DNA of 64,000 nucleotides from Eledone cirrhosa. Its lineage: Eukaryota. Positions 41,001 through 53,400 of the stretch are shown one piece after another. Every line of letters starts with the position of its first letter. The first letter of the stretch is position 1. A program made the translations under genes and the position numbers. The stretch is from the NCBI GenBank assembly GCA_964016885.1, contig OZ024743.1, positions 235,352,001-235,416,000 on the forward strand, read 5' to 3'. The notes below the pieces were generated by a model that was not told the DNA's origin, searched no databases, and saw only the letters and a list, made by a program, of their open reading frames with translations.

Positions 41001-44000
41001 AGCGTCTAGGGTCTAGTGGATGTAGTCTATTGGATGGTATCTAGTGGATGGTGTCTCTTTGATGGTATCTAGTGGATGTAGTCTATTGGGTGGTATCTAT
41101 TGGATGGTGTCTATTGGGTGGTATCTATTGGATGGTGTCTATTGGATGGTGTCTAGTGGATGGTATCTAGTGGATGGTATCTAGTGGATGGTGTCTATTG
41201 GATGGTATCTATTGGATGGTATCTAGTGGATGGTATCTAGTGGATGGTACCTAGTGGATGGTATCTAGTGGATGGTGTCTAGTGAATGGTATCTTGTGGA
41301 TCTTGTCTAGTGGATGGTATCTAGTGGCTGGTGTCTAGTGGATGGTATCTAGTAGCTGCTGTCTAGTGGGAGGTATCTAGTGGATGGTACCAAGTGGATG
41401 GTGTCTAGTGGATGGTGTCTAGTGTCTAATAGATGGTATCTAGTGTCTAATAGATGGTATCTAGCGGATGGTATCTATGGATGGTATCTATGGATGGTGT
41501 CTAGTAGATAGTATCTATTGGATGGTATTTATGGATGGTGTTTAGTGGATGCTATTTATGGATGGTTTTTAGTAGATGGTATCTAGTGGATGGTGTCTAG
41601 TGGATGGTATCTTGTGGAGGGTGTTTAGTGTCTAGTGGTTGGTATCTAGTGGATGGTATCTAGTGGATGTCGTCTAATGGATGGTATCTAGTGGATGGTG
41701 TCGAGTATCCAATGTCTAGTGGATGGTGTCTAGTATCTAATGTCTAGTGGATGATGTCTAGTGGATGGTGTTTAGTGTATAATCTCTAGTGGATGGTATC
41801 TAGTTGATGGTATCTAGTGGATGGTGTCTAGCGGATGGTATCTAGTGAATGGTGTCTAGTGGATGTTATCTAGTGGATGGTATCTATGGGCGATGTCTAG
41901 TGGATGGTATTTAGGGATGGTGTCTTGTCGATGGTATCTAGTGGATGGTATCTATGGATGGTGTCTAGTTGACGGTGTCTAGTGGATGGTGTCTAGTGGA
42001 TGGTGTCTAGAGGATGGCGTCTTGTGAATGGTATCTAGAGGATGGCGTCTTGTGAATGGTATCTAGTGGATGGTGTCTAGTGTCTAGTGGATGGTGTCTA
42101 GTGGATGGCGTCTAGTCTCTAGAGGATGGTATCTAGTGGATGGTGTCTAGTCGATGGTATCTAGTGGATAGTGTCTATTGGGTGGTATCTATTGGATGGT
42201 GTCTATTGGATGGTATCTAGTGGATGGTGTCTAGTTGATGGTATCTAGTGGATAGTGTCTATTGGGTGGTATCTATTGGATGGTGTCTATTGGATGGTAT
42301 CTAGTGGATGGTATCTAATGGATGGTGTCTAGTGGATGGTATCTAGTCGATGGTATTTATTAGATGGTGTCTATGTATTTTGTCTAGTGGATGGCGTGTA
42401 GTGTCTAGTGGATGGTGTCTAGTGGATGGTGTCTTTTGGATGGTGTCTAATGTATGGTATCTAGTGGATGGTGTCTAGTGGATGGTATCTTGTTGATGCT
42501 GTCTAGTGAATGGTATCTAGTGTATGGTGTCTAATGTATGGTATCTAGTGTATGGTGTCTAGTGGATGGTATCTAGTGGATGGTGTCTAATGGATGGTGT
42601 TTAGTGGATGGTGTCTAGTGGATGGTGTCTAGTGGATGGTGTCTAGTGAGAAGTATCTAGTGGATGGTGTCTAGTGACTAGTGTCTAGTGGATCGTATCT
42701 AGTGGATCGTACCAAGTGGATGGTGTCTAGTGTCTAGTGTCTAATAGATGGTATCTAGCGGATGGTATATATGGATGGTGTCTAGTGGATGGTATTTATG
42801 GATGGTGTCTAGTAGATAGTTTCTAGTGGATGGTATTTATGGATGGTGCCTAGTAGATGGTATCTAGTGGATGGTGTGTAGTGGAAGGTGTCTTGTGGAG
42901 GGTGTGTAGTGTCTAGTGGATCGTATGTAGTGGATGGTGTCTAGTGGATGGTGTCTAGTCGATGGTATGTAGTGGATGGTGTTCTAGTGGATGGTGTCTA
43001 GTGGATGGTATGTAGTGGATGGTGTCTAGTGTCTAGTGGATGGTATCTAGTTGATGGTATCTAGTGGAGGGTGTCTAGTGGTTGGTATCTAGTGGATGGT
43101 ATCTAGCGGACGATGTCTAGTGGATGGTGTCTAGCGGATTGTATATAGTGGATGGTGTCTATTGGATGGTATCTAGTTGATGGTATCTATGGGTGATGTC
43201 TAGTGGATGGTATTTAGGGACGGTGTCTAGTCGATGGTATCTAGTGGATGGTATCTATGGATAGTGTCTAGTGGATGGTGTCTAGAGGATGGTATCTAGT
43301 GGATGGTGTCTAGTGGATGGTGCCTAGTGGATGGTGTCTAGTGGATGGTATCTTGTGGATGGTGTCTAATGTATGGTATCTAGTGTATGGTGTCTAGTGG
43401 ATGGTATCTAGTGGATGGCGTCTAGTGGATGGTGTTTAGTGGATGGTGTCTAGTGGATGGTGTTTAGTGTCTAGTGGATTGTTTCTAGTGGATGGTATCT
43501 AGTGGATGGTATCTAGTTTGATAGTGTCTAGAGCAAGGTATCTAGTATCTACTGTCTAGTGGATGGTGTCTAGTGGATGGTGTCGAGTATCTAATGTCTA
43601 ATGGATGGTATCAAGTGGATAGTGTCTATTGGGTGGTATCTATTGGATGGTGTCTATTGGATGGTATCTAGTGGATGGTATCTAGTGGATGGTGTCTAGT
43701 GGATGGTATCTAGTCGATGGTATTTAGTAGATGGTGTCTATGTATTGTGTCTAGTGGATGGCGTGTAGTGTCTAGTGGATGGTATCTAGTGTATGGTGTC
43801 TAGTGGATGGTGTCTTTTGGATGGTCTCTAATGTATGGTATCTAGTGGACGGTGTCTAGTGGATGGTATCTTGTTGATGGTGTCATGTGAATTGTATCTA
43901 GTGTCTAGTGGATGAAATCTAGTGGATGGTGTCTAGTGGATGGTATCTAGTGTATGGTGTCTAATGTATGGTATCTAGTGTATGGTGTCTAGTGGATGGT

Positions 44001-44430
44001 ATCTAGTGGATGGCGTCTAGTGGATGGTGTTTAGTGGATGGTGTCTAGTGGATGGTGTTTAGTGTCTAGTGGATTGTTTCTAGTGGATGGTATCTAGTGG
44101 ATGGTATCTAGTTTGATAGTTCCTAGAGCAAGGTATCTAGTATCTACTGTCTAGTGGATGGTGTCTAGTGGATGGTTTCTAGTAGATGGTATCTAGTGGA
44201 TAGCGTCTAGGGTCTAGTGGATGTAGTCTAGTGGATGGTATCTAGTGGATGGTGTCTCTTTGATGGTATCTAGTGGATGTAGTCTATTGGGTGGTATCTA
44301 TTGGATGGTGTCTATTGGGTGGTATCTATTGGATGGTGTCTATTGGATGGTGTCTAGTGGATGGTATCTAGTGGATGGTATCTAGTGGATGGTGTCTATT
44401 GGATGGTATCTATTGGATGGTATCTAGTGG
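38030..44430 (+). repeat. 3201-bp tandem duplication within the 14-bp array
   Basis: gtagctgctg at 38151/41352, the 1-bp insertion variant gtgttctag near 39781/42982, and cctagagcaagg at 40921/44122. All offsets are 3201. Confidence 0.92.
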
Positions 44431-47400
44431 ATGGTATCTAGTGGATGGTGTCTAGTGGATGGTATCTAGTGGATGGTATCTAGTGGATGGTATCTAGTGG
44501 ATGGTATCTAGTGGATGGTGTCTAGTGGATGGCGTCTAGTGTGTTATGTCTAGTGTCTAATGTCTAGTGGAAGGTGTCTAGTGGATCGTGTCTAATGTCT
44601 AGTGGATGGGATCTAGTGGATGGGGTCTAGTGGATGGGATCTAGTGGATGGGGTCTAGTGGATTGGTGTCTAGTGTCTAGTGCATGCTATCTAGTGGATG
44701 GTATCTAATGGATGGTATCTAGTGTCTTGTGGATGGTGTCTAGTGTCTAGTGGATGGTATCTAGTGGCTGGTGTCTAGTGGATGGTATGTAGTGGATGGT
44801 GTCTAGTGGATGGTGTCTAGTGGATGGTATGTAGTGGATGGTGTCTAGTGTCTAGTGGATGGTGTCTAGTGTATGGTGTCTAGTGGATGGTATCTTGTGG
44901 ATGGTATCTTGTGGATGGTATTTTGTGGATGGTATCTTGTGGATGGTATCTAGTGGATAGTGTCTGGTGGATGGTATTTAGTGGATGGTATTTAGTTGAT
45001 GGTATCTAGTGGATGGTGTCGAGTATCTAATGTCTAGTGGATGGTATCAAGTGGATAGTGTCTATTGGGTGGTATCTATTGGATGGTGTCTATTGGATGG
45101 TATCTAGTGGATGGTATCTAGTGGATGGTGTCTAGTGAATGGTATCTAGTGTCTAGTGGATGAAATCTAGTGGATGGTGTCTAGTGGATGGTATCTAGTG
45201 TATGGTGTCTAATGTATGGTATCTAGTGTATGGTGTCTAGTGGATGGTAGCTAGTGGATAGCGTCTAGTGGATGGTGTTTAGTGGATGGTGTCTAGTGGA
45301 TGGTGTCTAGTGGATGGTGTCTAGTGAGAAGTATCTATGGATGGTGTCTAGTGTCTAGTGTCTAATAGATGGTATCTAGCGGATGGTATTTATCGATGGT
45401 GTCTAGTGGATGGTACTTATGGATGGTGTCTAGTAGATGGTATCTAGTGGATGGTGTCTAGGGGATGGTGTCTTGTGGAGGGTGTGTAGTGTCTAGTGGA
45501 TGGTATGTAGTGGATGGCGTCTAGTGGATGGTGTCTAGTCGATGGTATGTAGTGGATGGTGTCTAGTGGATGGTATCTAGTGGATGGTATGTAGTGGATG
45601 GTGCCTAGTGTCTAGTGGATGGTGTCTAGTGTATGGTGTCTAGTGGATGGTATCTAGTATCTACTGTCTAGTGGATGGTGTCTAGTGGATGGTTTCTAGT
45701 AGATGGTATCTAGTGGATAGCGTCTAGGGTCTAGTGGATGTAGTCTATTGGATGGTATTTAGTGGATGGTGTCTCTTAGATGGTATCTAGTGGATGTAGT
45801 CTATTGGGTGGTATCTATTGGATGGTGTCTATTGGGTGGTATCTATTGGATGGTGTCTATTGGATGGTGTCTAGTGGATGGTATCTAGTGGATGGTATCT
45901 AGTGGATGGTGTCTATTGGATGGTATCTAGTGGATGGTATCTAGTGGATGGTGTCTAGTGGATGGTATGTAGTGGATGGTATCTAGTGGATGGTATCTAG
46001 TGGATGGTATCTAGTGGATGGTGTCTAGTGGATGGCGTCTAGTGTGTTATGTCTAGTGTCTAATGTCTAGTGGAAGGTGTCTAGTGGATCGTGTCTAATG
46101 TCTAGTGGATGGGATCTAGTGGATGGGATCTAGTGGATTGGTGTCTAGTGTCTAGTGCATGCTATCTAGTGGATGGTATCTAATGGATGGTATCTAGTGT
46201 CTAGTGGATGGTATCTAGTGTCTTGTGGATGGTGTCTAGTGGATGGTATCTAGTGGATGGTGTCTAGTGAATGGTATCTTGTGGATCTTGTCTAGTGGCT
46301 GGTGTCTAGTGGATGGTATGTAGTGGATGGTGTCTAGTGGATGGTGTCTAGTGGACGGTATGTAGTGGATGGTGTCTAGTGGATAGTGGATGATGTCTAG
46401 TGTATGGTGTCTAGTGGATGGTATCTTGTGGATGGTATCTTGTGGATGGTATCTAGTGGATAGTGTCTGGTGGATGGTATTTAGTGGATGGTATTTAGTT
46501 GATGGTATCTAGTGGATGGTGTCTAGTGGATGGTGTCGAGTATCTAATGTCTAGTGGATGGTATCAAGTGGATAGTGTCTATTGGGTGGTATCTATTGGA
46601 TGGTGTCTATTGGATGGTATCTAGTGGATGGTATCTAGTGGATGGTGTCTAGTGGATGGTATCTAGTCGATGGTATTTAGTAGATGGTGTCTATGTATTG
46701 TGTCTAGTGGATGGCGTGTAGTGTCTAGTGGATGGTATCTAGTGTATGGTGTCTAGTGGATGGTGTCTTTTGGATGGTCTCTAATGTATGGTATCTAGTG
46801 GACGGTGTCTAGTGGATGGTATCTTGTTGATGGTGTCATGTGAATGGTATCTAGTGTCTAGTGGATGAAATCTAGTGGATGGTGTCTAGTGGATGGTATC
46901 TAGTGTATGGTGTCTAATGTATGGTATCTAGTGTATGGTGTCTAGTGGATGGTATCTAGTGGATGGCGTCTAGTGGATGGTGTTTAGTGGATGGTGTCTA
47001 GTGGATGGTGTCTAGTGAGAAGTATCTATGGATGGTGTCTAGTGTCTAGTGTCTAATAGATGGTATCTAGCGGATGGTATTTATCGATGGTGTCTAGTGG
47101 ATGGTATTTATGGATGGTGTCTAGTAGATGGTATCTAGTGGATGGTGTCTTGTGGAGGGTGTGTAGTGTCTAGTGGATGGTATGTAGTGGATGGCGTCTA
47201 GTGGATGGTGTCTAGTCGATGGTATGTAGTGGATGGTGTCTAGTGGATGGTATCTAGTGGATGGTATGTAGTGGATGGTGTCTAGTGTCTAGTGGATGGT
47301 GTCTAGTGTACGGTGTCTAGTGGATGGTATCTTGTGGATGGTATCTAGTGGATAGTGACTGGTGGATGGTATTTAGTGGATGGTATCTAGTGGATGGTGT

Positions 47401-50400
47401 CTAGTGGATGGTGTGTAGCGGATGGTATCTTTTGAATGGTATCTAGTGGATGGTGTCTAGTGGATGGTGTCTAGTGGATGGTGTGTAGCGGATGGTATCT
47501 TTTGAATGGTATCTAGTGGATGGTGTCTAGTTAATGGTGTCGAGTATCTAATGTCTAGTGGATGGTGTCGAGTATCTAATGTCTAGTGGATGGTATCTAG
47601 TGGATGTTATCTAGTGGATGGTAACTAGTGGATGGTGTCTAGTGTCTAATCTCTAGTGGATGGTATCTAGTTGATGGTATCTAGTGGAAGGTGCCTAGTG
47701 GTTGGTATCTAGTGGATGGTGTCTAGTGGACGATGTCTAGTAGATGGTATCTAGTGGACGATGTCTAGTAGATGGTATCTAGTGGATGGTATCTATAGGT
47801 GATGTCTAGTGGATGGTATTTAGGGACGGTGTCTAGTCGATGGTATCTAGTGGATGGTATCTATGGATGGTGTCTAGTGGATGGTGTCTAGTGAATGGTA
47901 TCTAGTAGATGGTGTCTAGTGGATGGTGCCTAGTGGATGGTGCCTAGTGGATGGTGTCTAGTGGATGGTGTCTAGTGGATGGTATCTAGTGGATGGTGTC
48001 AAGAGGATGGCGTCTTGTGGATGGTATCTAGTGGATGGTGTCTAGTGTCTAGTGGATTGTGTCTAGTGGATGGTATCTAGTGGATAGTATCTAGTTTGAT
48101 AGTGTTTAGTGCAAGGTATCTAGTATCTACTGTCTAGTGCATGGTATCTAGTGGATGGCGTCTAGTGTCTAGTGGATGGTATCTAGTGGATGGCGTCTAG
48201 TGTCTAGTGGATGGTATCTAGTGGATGGCGTTTAGTGTCTAGTGGATGGTATCTAGTGGATGGTGTCTTGTTGCTGCTATCTAGTGGATGTAGTCTAAGG
48301 GGTGGTATCTATTGGAAGGTGTCTATTGGGTGGTATCTATTGGATGGTGTCTATTGGATGGTGTCTAGTAGATGGTATCTAGTGGATGGTATCCAGTGGA
48401 TGGTGTCTAGTGGATGGTATCTAGTGGATGGTATCTAGTGGATGGTATCTAGTGGATGGTGTCTAGTGGATGGTATCTAGTCAATGGTGTCTAGATGATG
48501 GCGTCTAGTGTCTAATGTCTAGTGGAAGGTGTCTAGTGGATGGGATCTAGTGGATGGTATATAGTAGATGGTGTCTAGTTGATGGTATCTAGTGGAGGGT
48601 GTCTAGTGGAGGGTTGTCTAGTGGATGGTATTTAGGGATGGTGTCTAGTCGATGGTATCTAGTGGATGGTATCTATGGATGGTGTCTAGTGGATGGTGTC
48701 TAGTGGATGGTGTCTAGTGGATGGTTTCCAGTGGATGGTATCTAGTGGATGGTGTCTAGTGGATGGTATCTAGTAGATGGTATCTATGTATTGTGTCTAG
48801 TGGATGGCGTGTAGTGTCTAGTGGATGGTATCTAGTGTATGGTGTCTAATGTATGGTATCTAGTGTATGGTGTCTAGTGGATGGTATATAGTGGATGGTG
48901 TCTAGTGGATGGTATCTAGTGGATGGTATCTAGTGGATTGTATCTAGTGGATGGAGTCTAGTAGATTGTGCCTAGTGGATGGTATCTAGTGTGTATTGGA
49001 TGGTATCTAGAGGATGGTATCTAGAGCATGGTATCTAGTGAATGGTGTCTAGTGGATGGTGTCTAGTGGATGGTGTCTTGTGGATGGAGTCTATTGTCTA
49101 ATCTCTAGTGGATGGTATCTAGTGGATGGTATCTAGTGGATGGTATCTATGGATAGTGTCTAGTACATGGTATCTAGTGGATGGTATCTAGTGGATGGTA
49201 TCTATGCATGGTGTCTAGTGGATGGTGTCTAGTGGATGGTAGCTAGCGGATGGTGTCTAGTGGATGGTGTCTAGTGGATGGTGTCTAGAGGATGGCGTCT
49301 TATAGATGGTATCTAGTAGATGGTGTCTAGTTTCTAGTGGATGGTATCTAGTGGATGGTATCTAGTGGATGGTGCCTAGTGGACGGTGTCTAGTGGATGG
49401 TATCTAGTGGATGGTGTCAAGTGGATGGTATCTAGTGGATTGTGTCTAGTGCATGGTATCTAGTGTCTACTGTCTAGTGGATGGTATCTAGTGGATGGTA
49501 TCTAGTGGATGGTATCTAGTTGATGGTATCTAGTTAATAGTGTCTAGTGGATGGTATCTATTGGATGGTGTTTAGTGGATGGTATCTAGTGGATAGTGTC
49601 TAGTGGATGGTATCTATTGGATGGTGTCTAGTGGATGGTATCTAGTGGATGGTATCTAGTGGATGGTGTTTAGTGGATGGTATCTAGTGGATAGTGTCTA
49701 GTGGATGGTATCTATTGGATGGTGTCTAGTGGATGGTGTGCAGTGGATGGTGTCTAGTGGATGGTGTCTAGTGTCTAGTGTCTAGTGGATGGTATCTAGT
49801 GGATGGTGTCTAGTGGATGGTATCTAGTGTCTAGTGGATGATATCTGGTGTATATTGGATGGTATCTAGTGGATGGTATCTAGTGGATGGTATCTAGTGG
49901 ATGGTGTCTAGTGTCTAGTGGATAGTATCTAGTGGATGGTGTCTAGTGGATGGTATCTAGTGTCTAGTGGATGATATCTGGTGTATATTGGATGGTATCT
50001 AGTGGATGGTGTCTAGTGGATGGTATCTAGTGGATGGTGTCTAGTAGATGGTATCTAGTGGATGTTGTCTAGTGCATGGTATCTAGTGGATGGCGTCTAG
50101 TGTCTAGTGGATGGCATCTAGTGGATGGTGTCTTGTTGATGGTATCTAGTGGATGTAGTTTATTGTGTGGTATCTATTGGATGATGTCTATTGGGTGTTA
50201 TCTATTGGATGGTGTCTATTGGATGGTGTCTAGTGGATGGTATCTAGTGGATGGTATCTATTGGATGGTGTCTAGTGGATGGTATCTAGTGGATGGTATC
50301 TAGTGGATGTGTCTAGTGGATGGTATCTAGTCAATGGTGTCTAGTGGATGGTGTCTAGCGGATGGTATCTATTGGATAGTATCTAGTGGATGGTGTCTAG

Positions 50401-53400
50401 TGGATGGTGTCGAGTATCTAATGTCTAGTGGATGGTATCTAGTTGATGTTATCTAGTGGAGGGTGTCTAGTGGTGTGTGTCTAGTGGATGGTGTCTAGTG
50501 GACGATGTCTAGTGGATGGTGTCTAGCGGATTGTATCTAGTGGATGGTGTCTAGTGGATGGTATCTAGTTGATGGTATCTATGGGTGATGTCTAGTGGAT
50601 GGTATTTAGGGACGGTGTCTAGTCGTTGGTATCTAGTGGATGGTATCTAGTGGATGGTGTCTAGTGGATGGTGCCTAGTGGATGGTGTCTAGTGGATGGC
50701 ATCTAGTGGATGGTGTCTAGAGGATGGTGTCTAGTGTCTAGTGGATGGTGTCTAGTGGATGGTATCTAGTGGATGGTATCTAGTTTGATAGTGTCTAGTG
50801 CAAGGTATCTAGTATCTACTGTCTAGTGGATGGTGTCTAGTGGATGGTTTCTAGTAGATGGTATCTAGTGGATGTTGTCTAGTGCATGGTATCTAGTGGA
50901 TGGCGTCTAGTGTCAAATGGATGGTATCTAGTGGATGGTGTCTTGTTGATGCTATCTATTGGATGTAGTCTATTGGGTGGTATCTATTGGATGGTATCTA
51001 TTGGGTGGTATCTATTGGATGGTGTCTATTGGATGCTGTCTAGTGGATGGTATCTAGTGGATGGTATCTAGTGGATGGTGTCTAGTGGATGGTATCTAGT
51101 GGATGGTATCTAGTCGATGGTGTCTATTGGATGGCGTCTAGTGTGTTATGTCTAGTGTCTAATGTCTAGTGGAAGGTGTCTAGTGGATCGTGTCTAATGT
51201 CTAGTGGATGGGATCTAGTGGATGGGTTCTAGTGGATTGGTGTCTAGTGTCTAGTGCATGCTATCTAATGGATGGTATCTAATGGATGGTATCTAGTGTC
51301 TAGTGGATGGTATCTAGTGTCTTGTGGATGGTGTCTAGTGTCTAGTGGATGGTATCTAGTGGATGGTGTCTAGTGAATGGTATCTTGTGGATCTTGTCTA
51401 GTGGATGGTATCTAGTGGCTGGTATGTAGTGGATGGTGTCTAGTGGATGGTGTCTAGTGGATGGTATGTAGTGGATGGTGTCTAGTGTATGGTGTCTAGT
51501 GGATGGTATCTTGTGGATGGTATCTAGTGGATAGTGTCTGGTGGATGGTATTTAGTGGATGGTATTTAGTTGATGGTATCTAGTGGATGGTGTCTAGTGG
51601 ATGGTGTCTAGTGGATGTTATCTATTGGATGGTATCTAGTGGATGGTGTCTAGTGGATGTTATCTATTGGATGGTATCTAGTGGATGGTGTCTAGTGGAT
51701 GTTATCTATTGGATGGTATCTATTGGATGGTGTCTAGTGGATGTTATCTATTGGATGGTATCTAGTGGATGGTGTCTAGTGGATGTTATCTATTGGATGG
51801 TATCTAGTGGATGGTGTCTAGTGGATGGTGTCGAGTATCTAATGTCTAGTGGATGGTGTCTAGTGTCTAATGTCTAGTGGATGGTATCTAGTGGATGTTA
51901 TCTAGTGGATGGTATCTAGTGGATGGTGTCTAGTGTTTAATCTCTAGTGGATGGTATCTAGTTGATGGTATCTAGTGGAAGGTGTCTAGTGGTTGGTGTC
52001 TAGTGGTTGGTGTCTAGTGGATGGTGTCTAGTGGATGATGTCTAGTGAATGGTGTCTAGTGGATGGTGTCTAGTGGATGGTGTCTAGCGGATTGTATCTA
52101 GCGGATGGTGTCTAGTGGATGGTATCTAGTTGATGGTATCTATGGGTGATGTCTAGTGGATGGTATTTAGGGACGTTGTCTAGTCGATGGTATCTAGTGG
52201 ATGGTATCTATGGATGGTGTCTAGTGGATGGTGTCTAGTGGATGGTGTCTTGTGGATGGTATCTAGTGGATGGTATCTAGTGGATGGTGTCTAGTGGATG
52301 GTATCTAGTGGATGGTATCTAGTGGATGGTGTCTAGTGGATGGTATCTAGTAGATGTTATCTATGTATTGTGTCTAGTGGATGGCGTGTAGTGTCTAGTG
52401 GATGGTATCTAGTGGATGGTATCTAGTGGATGGTATCTAATGGATGGTGTCTAGTGGATGGTGTCTGGTGGATGGTGTCTAATGTATGGTATCTAGTTGA
52501 TGGTGTCTAGTGGATGGTATCTTGTTGATGGTGTCTAGTAGGTGGTGCCTAGTGGATGGTATCTAGTGTTTAGTGGATGGTGTCTTGTGGATGGTATCTA
52601 GTGGATGGTATCTAGTGGATGGTGTCTAGTGGATGGTGTCTAGTGGATGGTATCTAGTGTATGGTGTCTAGTGGATGGTATCTAGTGGATGGTATCTAGT
52701 GGATGGTATCTAGCGGATGGAGTCTAGTAGATTGTGCCTAGTGGATGGTATGTAGTGTCTATTGGATGGTATCTTGAGGATGGTATCTAGAGCATGGTAT
52801 CTAGTGAATGGTGTCTAGTGGATGGTTTCTTGTGGATGGAGTCTATTGTCTAATCTCTAGTGGATGGTATTTAGTGGATGGTATCTATGGATGGTGTCTA
52901 GTAGATGGTATCTAGTGGATGGTATCTAGTGGATGGTATCTATGCATGGTGTCTAGTGGATGGTGTCTAGTGGATGGTAGCTAGCGGATGGTGTCTAGTG
53001 GATGGTGTCTAGTGGATGGTGTCTAGAGGATGGTGCCTATTTTATAGTGGATGGTATCTTGTGGATGGTGCCTAGTTTCTAGTGTATGGTATTTTGTGGA
53101 TGGTGCCTAGTGGACGGTGTCTAGTGGATGGTATCTAGTGGATGGTGTCTAGTGGATGGTATCTAGTGGATTGTGTCTAGTGCATGGTATCTAGTGTCTA
53201 CTGTCTAGTGGATGGTGTCTAGTGGATGGTATCTAGTGGATGGTATCTAGTGGATGGTGTCTAGTGGATGGTATCTAGTGGATGGTATCTAGTGGATGGT
53301 ATCTAGTGGATGGTGTCTAGTTGATGGTATCTAGTTGATAGTGTCTAGTGGATGGTATCTATTGGATGGTGTCTAGTGGATGGTGTCTAGTGGATGGTAT

